Below, piece after piece: positions 1-6,729 of a DNA stretch of 32,000 nt. A program made the translations under genes and the position numbers. Location of the stretch: contig NZ_CP089977.1 of assembly GCF_025643275.1 (NCBI RefSeq), forward strand, positions 660,001-692,000, in the 5' to 3' direction. The stretch's first letter is position 1; the number at the start of each line of letters is the position of its first letter. This stretch comes from Moraxella nasicaprae (GTDB lineage Bacteria; Pseudomonadota; Gammaproteobacteria; Pseudomonadales; Moraxellaceae). Under the pieces are notes generated by a model, which had not been told where the DNA came from, did not search any database, and saw nothing but the letters and a program-made list of their open reading frames with translations.

Positions 1-178
1 CTTTTTTATCAAGTTTTTATCACAAAAATCATCAAGCCTGACAAATCTTACATAAAAACCACGATAAATCTTGTACAAATTCCCAAAAAGGTGCTAGTAT
101 GATGGGGTTTTAACAAAAGATTTTTGATGTACTTGATTGAACATCAATACATCGATTTAACACGATTTTGGGTAAGCA

Positions 179-1216
179 ATGATGCATCATTATACCTTAC
201 AACACGGCATTCAAGATTGGCAAAACGCCCTACAAGCACTTCATTTAGCCCCTGAATCTGACTGGCAATCATTGCCACTGTTTGGGATTGTGTTGGTTGG
301 CGATGTGCCAATCCAGTCTGTGCAATCATGGGCTGATGAGCATCGTTGGCAACTGGTGCCACTGACTACTCAAAAATCGACGGTTGATGTGGTTAATAGT
401 TTAGATAATATTCACAATACCAGTGTGTATCGCTGTGTGATTTTTTCAAACGCCATCATCGACCAGCCAGTCGATGAGCTGCCACGCCTCATCAAGGCAC
501 AACTCACATCACGCATCAATCAAGCAATGGATATTCACATTTTACCCATTGATAAACTGCTTAGACCACATCGATTGGCGTGCTTTGACATGGATTCAAC
601 GCTCATTGAGCAAGAAGTTATCGTGGAGCTGGCTCGCTACTGCCACATAGACCAAGAGGTTAGCCACATTACCGAATCAGCGATGCGTGGCGAGATTGAT
701 TTTGCGACCAGTTTTAGTCGGCGAGTGGCACTCTTGGCAGGGGCAGACCAATCCATCATCGAGCAAATCATCGCCAATAACATCACCTTTCAATCTGGGG
801 CGTTGGCAACCATCCAATCCTTAAAGGCACTAGGCTATCATACCGTGCTGGTTTCAGGTGGTTTTGAGCCTTTTGCCAAGCATGTTGCCCATACGCTAGG
901 CATAGATGAATATCACGCCAATCCTTTGGATATTGCTGAGGGCAAATTGACTGGCAAAGTCAGCCTACCCATCTTGGACGGTCATCAAAAAGCCTGCATT
1001 GTCCAACATATCGCCAAACAACTTGGCATCACAAACGACCAAATCATCTGCATTGGCGATGGAGCGAATGATTTACCAATGATGTCCATCAGTGATATTG
1101 GCATTGCCTATCACGCCAAACCCATCGTCCAAGAACAAGCAACGCTTGCCATCAATCACACAGGGCTTGAAGGCGTGCTATACGCTCTTGGACATCAGTT
1201 AGTCTCATCATCTTAA
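179..1216 (+). CDS. serB: phosphoserine phosphatase, HAD superfamily (SerB type)
   Basis: 345-aa ORF. HAD motif I is DMDSTLI and the late motif is GDGANDLPM. The catalytic half follows a ~130-aa N-terminal extension, as is typical of SerB. Confidence 0.88.
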   Translation: MMHHYTLQHGIQDWQNALQALHLAPESDWQSLPLFGIVLVGDVPIQSVQSWADEHRWQLVPLTTQKSTVDVVNSLDNIHNTSVYRCVIFSNAIIDQPVDELPRLIKAQLTSRINQAMDIHILPIDKLLRPHRLACFDMDSTLIEQEVIVELARYCHIDQEVSHITESAMRGEIDFATSFSRRVALLAGADQSIIEQIIANNITFQSGALATIQSLKALGYHTVLVSGGFEPFAKHVAHTLGIDEYHANPLDIAEGKLTGKVSLPILDGHQKACIVQHIAKQLGITNDQIICIGDGANDLPMMSISDIGIAYHAKPIVQEQATLAINHTGLEGVLYALGHQLVSSS

Positions 1217-1234
1217 ACCAATAGAGTAAAATAT

Positions 1235-1744
1235 ATGTTCACAATTCCAGTCATCAATGTCAAAACAGACCCTTTGGACGCATTGCTTGCAGGTTTGGGG
1301 TTACGCATTCAGACTCTTGCTAAATCTCGCCATAACGAAGCCTTTAACAATCTGATTAAAGACAAAGTGGCGGTGATTGAATTTAGCTCTCCGCAGATGT
1401 CTCGCCATTATCGCTTTGACAATGGCTTATTTTCCCAAGAGATTGGCAAAACCACACAAGCTGATTTAAGCATCGAATTTACCGACAGCATGATGGGGGC
1501 AAAACTGCTTGCCAAAGGCGATGTCGCCGCCTTAATGACTGCCATTCAAGACGGCAAAGTCAAAATCACAGGCGATTATAAGCTGGTGCTGTGGTTTGCT
1601 GGAATCGGCAAACAAGCCGCCACCGTGCCTGATGAATATCGCACCTATGTTGAGCAAGCCAAAACCTATGCCCAACTTGCCAAGCCATACGCCCAAAGTG
1701 CCAAAGAACTGTTTGACTCGGTCAAACAAAAACTAGGCAAATAA
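1235..1744 (+). CDS. SCP2 sterol-binding-domain protein (function unknown)
   Basis: 169-aa ORF 19 nt after serB. The segment GAKLLAKGDVAALMTAIQDGKVKITGDYKLVLWF resembles the C-terminal SCP2 signature. A terminator hairpin follows. Confidence 0.55.
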   Translation: MFTIPVINVKTDPLDALLAGLGLRIQTLAKSRHNEAFNNLIKDKVAVIEFSSPQMSRHYRFDNGLFSQEIGKTTQADLSIEFTDSMMGAKLLAKGDVAALMTAIQDGKVKITGDYKLVLWFAGIGKQAATVPDEYRTYVEQAKTYAQLAKPYAQSAKELFDSVKQKLGK

Positions 1745-1755
1745 ATTTCAAAAAC

Positions 1756-1789
1756 AGCAAATCAGTCGTACGGTTGGTTTGCTATTTTT
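1756..1789 (+). terminator. intrinsic terminator after the SCP2 gene
   Basis: Arms agcaaatca (1756-1764) and tggtttgct (1775-1783) form a 9-bp stem with one G-U pair, followed by attttt. Confidence 0.6.
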
Positions 1790-1843
1790 AACAATATTAG
1801 GTACAATTGTTTACCCAATCATTCATACGGAATCTTTGACACT

Positions 1844-2887
1844 ATGCTGACCATGCACCCAAGCAAGGAAGAAATTGCACGCTTATTTGACCTGCCTTTG
1901 ATGGACTTATTGATGCAAGCCCAAACGGTGCATCGCCAGCACTTTAATGCCAATGAAGTCCAAATCAGCACTTTGTTGTCCATCAAAACAGGTAACTGCC
2001 CCGAAGATTGCGGCTATTGTAGCCAGTCTGGCCATCATCGTGACAAAACGGGTCTGACCGCCGAAAAACGCATGGAAATCAATAAAGTGCTTGCTGCCGC
2101 TCGCCGTGCAAAAGCGTCTGGCTCATCAAGATTTTGTATGGGGGCAGCTTGGAAGCACCCTTCTGCTAAGGATATGCCCTATTTGGTGGAACTCATCAGC
2201 GAGGTCAAGGCACTAGGGCTAGAAACCTGCATGACTTTGGGTATGCTAAAACCAGAACAAGCCAAGCAGCTTGCCGATGCAGGACTGGATTATTATAATC
2301 ACAACCTTGACACCTCTCGTAATTATTATGATAGCGTCACTTCCACACGCACCTATGATGACCGCCTAGACACCATCGCTCATGTGCGAAACGCTGGCAT
2401 CAATGTCTGTTCAGGTTCTATTGTTGGCATGGGCGAAAGCAGACAAGATCGCATTGATTGGATATACGAACTGACCCAAATGCCCATTCCTCCACAGTCT
2501 ATTCCTGTCAATCTGCTCGTCCCCATCAAAGGCACACCACTTGGCGATAAAGTGCTGGCAGAAGGCAGGCTGTCTGTCATCGAATGGATTCGCACCATTG
2601 CCGTAACTCGCCTTTGTTGTCCAACCAGTCATGTCAGATTATCAGCAGGTCGTGAAAGCCTGACCGATGGCGAGCAGGCATTGGCATTCATGGCGGGGGC
2701 AAATTCATTTTTCTATGGCGACAAACTACTCACCACAGGCAACCAATCACAAGCAAATGATGACCGCCTGATGGCAGAACTTGGCTTGACACCAACCAAG
2801 CCAATGCCAAAGCCCATCATTACTGATGCCATGAACGGCAAAGTCATCAACCAAACATTACCAGAACATTGCCCACTAAGTGCCTGA
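1844..2887 (+). CDS. bioB: biotin synthase (radical SAM)
   Basis: 347-aa ORF with the radical-SAM cluster motif [11 protein letters not shown] and BioB-like sequence throughout ([13 protein letters not shown]). Confidence 0.95.
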   Translation: MLTMHPSKEEIARLFDLPLMDLLMQAQTVHRQHFNANEVQISTLLSIKTGNCPEDCGYCSQSGHHRDKTGLTAEKRMEINKVLAAARRAKASGSSRFCMGAAWKHPSAKDMPYLVELISEVKALGLETCMTLGMLKPEQAKQLADAGLDYYNHNLDTSRNYYDSVTSTRTYDDRLDTIAHVRNAGINVCSGSIVGMGESRQDRIDWIYELTQMPIPPQSIPVNLLVPIKGTPLGDKVLAEGRLSVIEWIRTIAVTRLCCPTSHVRLSAGRESLTDGEQALAFMAGANSFFYGDKLLTTGNQSQANDDRLMAELGLTPTKPMPKPIITDAMNGKVINQTLPEHCPLSA

Positions 2888-2892
2888 TGAAC

Positions 2893-2927
2893 AAAAAGAT
2901 GTGTTATAATGACACATCTTTTTTTAA
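2893..2927 (+). terminator. intrinsic terminator after bioB
   Basis: Arms aaaaagatgtgt (2893-2904) and acacatcttttt (2912-2923) with loop tataatg, followed by a T run. Confidence 0.7.
2902..2910 (+). promoter_or_regulatory. candidate extended -10 promoter element (TGTTATAAT) for hemJ
   Basis: Exact TGnTATAAT, 29 nt upstream of the hemJ ATG. It lies in the loop and 5' arm of the bioB terminator. No good -35 was seen. Confidence 0.35.
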
Positions 2928-2938
2928 ACTTTAACATC

Positions 2939-3364
2939 ATGTTTGACTACATCAAAGCCTTTCACATCATTGCCATGGTTTGCTGGTTTGCTGGCATTTT
3001 TTATCTACCTAGACTGTTTGTCTATCACGCCATGAGCGATGATAAAATCAGCCAAGACCGTTTTGCCCTCATGGAACGCAAGCTGTATCGTGGCATCATG
3101 AATCCTGCCATGATGGCGACTTGGGCATTGGGTCTGTCGATGGTCATCAGCCATTGGGAAGTTTATAAAACACAAGGCTGGTTGCACGCCAAGTTATTGT
3201 TGGTCATTCTGCTGACCATCTATCACATCGCCTGCGGTCGCTATCGCCTAAAACTTATGACCAACCCCACACTAAAAACACATACTTTTTGGCGATGGTT
3301 TAATGAGATTCCTGTGTTTATCCTGATAGCTGTGGTGGTTTTGGTTATAACTAAGCCCTTTTAG
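2939..3364 (+). CDS. hemJ: protoporphyrinogen IX oxidase HemJ family (UPF0093/CopD-like membrane protein)
   Basis: The N-terminus MFDYIKAFHIIAMVCWFAGIFYLPRLFVYH matches the characteristic HemJ N-terminus, and there are 4 predicted TM helices. The ORF-track start at 2909 lies inside the terminator hairpin, so I prefer the ATG at 2939. Confidence 0.8.
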   Translation: MFDYIKAFHIIAMVCWFAGIFYLPRLFVYHAMSDDKISQDRFALMERKLYRGIMNPAMMATWALGLSMVISHWEVYKTQGWLHAKLLLVILLTIYHIACGRYRLKLMTNPTLKTHTFWRWFNEIPVFILIAVVVLVITKPF

Positions 3365-3384
3365 CAATCCTTCGCCCAATAAAA

Positions 3385-3407
3385 AGACCAGTGATTACAA
3401 CTGGTCT
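3385..3407. terminator. hairpin between convergent hemJ and the minus-strand membrane-protein gene
   Basis: Arms agaccagt and actggtct (8 bp) with loop gattaca, preceded by an A run. It overlaps the last codons of the minus-strand gene. Confidence 0.5.
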
Positions 3408-3862
3408 GTGTCATTAAGCCTAATGTTGGCAAAGCGTGTAGCAACCGCCCTGCCTGACAGGATTTCTTTGGCAAGCATCAGCTCTTGTTCGCTGACAAAT
3501 CCACCAAACTGATATTGGATTTGTCCATCTGTTACCATAATCCAGTCATCATTGATGGTAATTTGGGCATTGGGCGAAAAAGTCAAACTCTTTTGGTCAA
3601 TTTCAAAGCGTCTGGGCGACAGCTTTAATGTACCAACACAAAAAATATGGCGATGTTTGGCTTTTTGTTTTTGGATGTTAAACAAAAACACCATCACCGC
3701 AAAGCCAAACATTGCCCCAATAGCGTAGGTTGAAGGCATGGTAAAACACACCCACGCCACCGCCAAGCCCAGCACCAATAGACCTAATGCCCACCAAATC
3801 ATGCCATCATGAGCATTGCCTGATAGCTCAAAAGTCGCCACACCGTCTGCCACTTGTACCAT
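3395..3862 (-). CDS. hypothetical membrane protein: two TM helices plus a ~90-aa soluble C-terminal domain
   Basis: The ATG at 3862 lies one nt after the rph stop codon (3864-3866), which suggests co-transcription. The TM hairpin is MIWWALGLLVLGLAVAWVCF / AIGAMFGFAVMVFLF. A beta-rich region ending in a helix follows, a topology reminiscent of YdbS-like bacterial PH proteins (weak inference). Confidence 0.5.
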   Translation of the reverse strand: MVQVADGVATFELSGNAHDGMIWWALGLLVLGLAVAWVCFTMPSTYAIGAMFGFAVMVFLFNIQKQKAKHRHIFCVGTLKLSPRRFEIDQKSLTFSPNAQITINDDWIMVTDGQIQYQFGGFVSEQELMLAKEILSGRAVATRFANIRLNDTDQL

Positions 3863-3863
3863 C

Positions 3864-4580
3864 TTACCAGCCCAATGCTTGCTTTTGCTGTTCGATGAGT
3901 TGGGCGATACCAACACCTGCCAAATCAAGCATCTGCTCAGCCTCTTCTTTGCTAAACGGCTTATCCTCTGCCGTTCCTTGAATTTCGATGAATCCGCCCG
4001 CCTGCGTCATCACCACATTCAAATCAGTATCGCAGGTAGAATCCTCAGAATAATCCAAATCCAACATCACTTTGCCATTTTTGACCCCAACCGACACGGC
4101 AGCCACCAAACCAAGCAAAGGGTCTTGGCTTAGCTTTTTGGTGCGTTGCAGCTGCTCTAAGGCATCAATCAATGCCACCGCCGCCCCTGTAATGCTGGCA
4201 GTGCGAGTACCGCCATCTGCTTGAATGACATCACAGTCGATATGAATGGTGTGTTCGCCAAGTTTTGACAAATCCAGCATGGCACGCAAAGAACGACCAA
4301 TGAGTCGTTGAATCTCTTGGGTGCGTCCAGACTGACTACCACGCACCGCCTCACGCTGGGTGCGAGTTCCTGTGGCTCGTGGCAACATGCCATACTCAGC
4401 GGTCAGCCAGCCTTTGCCCTGCCCTTTTAACCAGCGAGGCACGCCTGCCTCAATACTGGCGGTGCATAGCACTTTGGTATCGCCAAAACAGACAAGCACC
4501 GAGCCTTCGGCATGCTTGGTGTAGTGTCTGGTAAAAGAAATGGGGCGAAGTTCATTAAATTGACGACCGTCTTGACGCAT
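3864..4580 (-). CDS. rph: ribonuclease PH
   Basis: 238 aa from [13 protein letters not shown], with motifs [24 protein letters not shown] and [19 protein letters not shown]. The ORF-track N-terminal extension to 4646 was rejected. Confidence 0.93.
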   Translation of the reverse strand: MRQDGRQFNELRPISFTRHYTKHAEGSVLVCFGDTKVLCTASIEAGVPRWLKGQGKGWLTAEYGMLPRATGTRTQREAVRGSQSGRTQEIQRLIGRSLRAMLDLSKLGEHTIHIDCDVIQADGGTRTASITGAAVALIDALEQLQRTKKLSQDPLLGLVAAVSVGVKNGKVMLDLDYSEDSTCDTDLNVVMTQAGGFIEIQGTAEDKPFSKEEAEQMLDLAGVGIAQLIEQQKQALGW

Positions 4581-4652
4581 GGCATTCTCTCTATAAAATG
4601 ATGATACGCAGCATTGTACCAAGTTATCCACGATATTACAAAGCAACTTGGT

Positions 4653-4681
4653 AAAAAACCCATCATGAAGACGGGTTTTTT
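4653..4681 (-). terminator. intrinsic terminator after fadD copy 1
   Basis: On the minus strand, aaaaaccc gtcttcatgat gggttttt follows the stop codon at 4695 and includes a T run. Confidence 0.6.
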
Positions 4682-4694
4682 GCTCATTGGCAGA

Positions 4695-6386
4695 TTACTT
4701 TTCTAGATTTCGCAGCTCTTTACGCAAAATCTTCCCAACATTAGACTTGGGTAGTTCATCGATAAAGGCGATGTGCTTGGGTCGTTTATAGCCAGTCAAA
4801 TGTTGTTTTGCCCAATTTTGTACTTCTTTTTCATCAAGGCTGGCATCTTTTTTAACCACATACACCTTGACCACTTCGCCACTATGATTATCAGGCACAC
4901 CAATCACGCCACATTCTAATACTTTTGGATGAGCGGCGATGGCTTCTTCGACTTCATTTGGATAAACATTAAAGCCTGACACCAAAATCATGTCTTTTTT
5001 TCTATCGACAATTTTCACAAATCCATCAGCGTCCATCACGCCAATATCGCCTGTGCGAAAATAGCCATCTTGGGTCATCACTTTGGCGGTCTCATCATCT
5101 CGCTTATAGTAGCCTTTCATGACTTGCGGCCCTTTGGCACAAATCTCGCCAGCCTCGCCAAGAGCAACCTCATTACCATCATCGTCCAAAATCACGACAT
5201 CGGTATTTGGTAGCGGAATGCCAATTTTGCCTGTAAAGCCCATCGGTGGTGGATTGACCGTCAAAACAGGGGAAGTTTCGGACAAGCCGTATCCTTCGGT
5301 GATTGACCGACTCGTCATCGCCTCCCAAGCCTTAGCGGTGCTTGGTAATACCGACATACCCCCACCCAATGCCAATCGCAAATTACTATGGTCTAGTCCC
5401 TTAAAGCCCTTATGATTGGTCAATGCATTAAACAAGGTATTGACAGCAGGGAAGAATGCTGGACGATATTTGGCAAATTGTTTGGTTAAGTCATCAAAAT
5501 CTCGTGCATTGATGATAAGCAGCAGACTAAATCCCAGCTTCATCGCCAGCAAGCTAACCATAAAACAAAAGATGTGATACAACGGCAATGCCACCGCCAT
5601 ATATTGCCCTTTGATATTGCCATCAGGAAATGCCGTTTTGACAAAATTGGTTGCCTGTTCGACATTGCTAATCAAGTTGCGATGAGACAACATTGCCCCT
5701 TTTGCCACGCCTGTCGTACCGCCTGTGTACTGCAACACCGCCACATCATCTAGGTCAAGCTGTGGACGCACATAATGACTGACTGGCACTTTGGATAACG
5801 CCTCTTTAAAGCTGATGGCTCCTGCAATGTGATAGCTTGGTACCATTTTTTTGATGTGTCGCACCACAAAATTGACCGCTAAACCTTTCAATCCCATCAT
5901 ATCGCCCACACTGGCGACAATGACATGCTTGACTTGACCCTTATTTTTGACCTGCTCAAAAGTCTTGGCAAAATTTTCGATGATGAACAACACCTTAGCA
6001 TCTGCATCATTAAGCTGATGTTCTAGCTCATGAGCCGTATAAAGTGGATTGACATTCACTAATGTATAGCCAGCACGGATAATGCCAAACATACAAATGG
6101 GATATTGCATCACATTAGGCATCATGACCGCCACTTTATCGCCTTGTTGCAGTCCAAGCGATTGTAAATAAGCAGCAATCTTACGACTGGCAACATCAAG
6201 CTCACCATAAGTCATTGACACACCCATCGAGGTCATGGCAATGCTATCTTTATGCTCACTGATACAGCCATCAAACACATCAAGCAATGAGCCAACATCA
6301 TCATTCCATGCCATCTGTGGGTCAATGCCATATTTTTCGTAAGTTTGATACCAAGGGCGTTCAGAAAAAATAGTCTGCACGGTCAT
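4695..6386 (-). CDS. fadD: long-chain-fatty-acid--CoA ligase (copy 1)
   Basis: 563-aa ORF with the AMP-binding motif YTGGTTGVAKGA, plus GYGLSETSP, TGDIG and the C-terminal PKSNVGKILRKELR. Confidence 0.9.
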   Translation of the reverse strand: MTVQTIFSERPWYQTYEKYGIDPQMAWNDDVGSLLDVFDGCISEHKDSIAMTSMGVSMTYGELDVASRKIAAYLQSLGLQQGDKVAVMMPNVMQYPICMFGIIRAGYTLVNVNPLYTAHELEHQLNDADAKVLFIIENFAKTFEQVKNKGQVKHVIVASVGDMMGLKGLAVNFVVRHIKKMVPSYHIAGAISFKEALSKVPVSHYVRPQLDLDDVAVLQYTGGTTGVAKGAMLSHRNLISNVEQATNFVKTAFPDGNIKGQYMAVALPLYHIFCFMVSLLAMKLGFSLLLIINARDFDDLTKQFAKYRPAFFPAVNTLFNALTNHKGFKGLDHSNLRLALGGGMSVLPSTAKAWEAMTSRSITEGYGLSETSPVLTVNPPPMGFTGKIGIPLPNTDVVILDDDGNEVALGEAGEICAKGPQVMKGYYKRDDETAKVMTQDGYFRTGDIGVMDADGFVKIVDRKKDMILVSGFNVYPNEVEEAIAAHPKVLECGVIGVPDNHSGEVVKVYVVKKDASLDEKEVQNWAKQHLTGYKRPKHIAFIDELPKSNVGKILRKELRNLEK

Positions 6387-6420
6387 CTTGTCATTCCTTT
6401 TCCATTCCTGTTATTTTGAT

Positions 6421-6469
6421 AAAAAAACACCTTGCCAAACCATAAGTTTAGCAAGGTGCGTTTATGGTT
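6421..6469 (-). terminator. terminator-like hairpin plus T7 tract in the fadD copy-1 leader, interleaved with a second helix
   Basis: Helix A is 6428-6435 caccttgc with 6451-6458 gcaaggtg, followed on the minus strand by TTTTTTT (6421-6427). Helix B is 6438-6445 aaccataa with 6462-6469 ttatggtt. The arm order is B5-A5-B3-A3. Confidence 0.45.
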
Positions 6470-6482
6470 GTTCACTGTTAAA

Positions 6483-6506
6483 TCTAACATAAATACTGAT
6501 GTTAGA
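6483..6506. promoter_or_regulatory. perfect inverted repeat TCTAACAT-N8-ATGTTAGA (candidate operator)
   Basis: 8-bp perfect arms in the divergent fadD / receptor intergenic region. Confidence 0.35.
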
Positions 6507-6654
6507 CAAGCAGTAAACTTAATTTTTAATCAATGCTACGATTTTTAACAAACCGATGATAATTTGGTAAAATGTAATCAAACACGATTTATCTTAATTT
6601 GCCCAATTACTCTTACAATGTACACATCTATCACTAATAGATACAAATGGAAAT

Positions 6655-6697
6655 TATTTTCACTATCATTTACTTAATGAATATTTTTGATTATAAT
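6655..6697 (+). promoter_or_regulatory. candidate Fur box overlapping a sigma70-like promoter of the TonB-dependent receptor
   Basis: The reverse complement of 6655-6673 (gtaaatgatagtgaaaata) matches GATAATGATAATCATTATC at 12 of 19 positions by hand. -35 tttact is at 6669-6674, then a 17-nt spacer, then -10 tataat at 6692-6697. Confidence 0.4.
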
Positions 6698-6729
6698 AAT
6701 TCGACAATAAAATGAATGGAGAAATTATT

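Noticed and set aside
144-362. Numerous 60-145-aa ORFs in the track that lie antisense to, or out of frame within, well-supported genes. Examples are 144..362, 1532..1729, 2380..2940, 5119..5415, 10302..10709, 11825..12997, 14275..14670, 15436..15774, 18274..18972, 20170..20607, 24011..25462 and 27312..27850.
   Set aside because: Each is fully nested in a longer ORF with clear family motifs. They have low-complexity or compositionally odd translations and no ribosome-binding sites, so they are shadow ORFs.
3864-4646. N-terminal extensions in the ORF track for rph (to 4646), hemJ (2909), the PH-domain protein (13657), TauE (14687), wrbA (27861), dapF (21100), coaBC (13062), the receptor (6712) and the membrane protein (3928).
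   Set aside because: Internal ATG codons coincide with the family-typical N-termini. For five of them (the receptor, the PH-domain protein, dapF, wrbA and hemJ) they are also backed by Shine-Dalgarno spacing or avoid an upstream terminator. The longer forms add non-homologous residues or overlap upstream genes.
6556-6700. Other AT-rich Fur-box-like strings upstream of the receptor, such as gataatttggtaaaatgtaatc and gattataataattc.
   Set aside because: Hand alignment to the 19-nt Fur consensus gave about 10 of 19 matches or fewer. Only the 6655-6673 site (12 of 19, overlapping the -35) was kept, and that with modest confidence.
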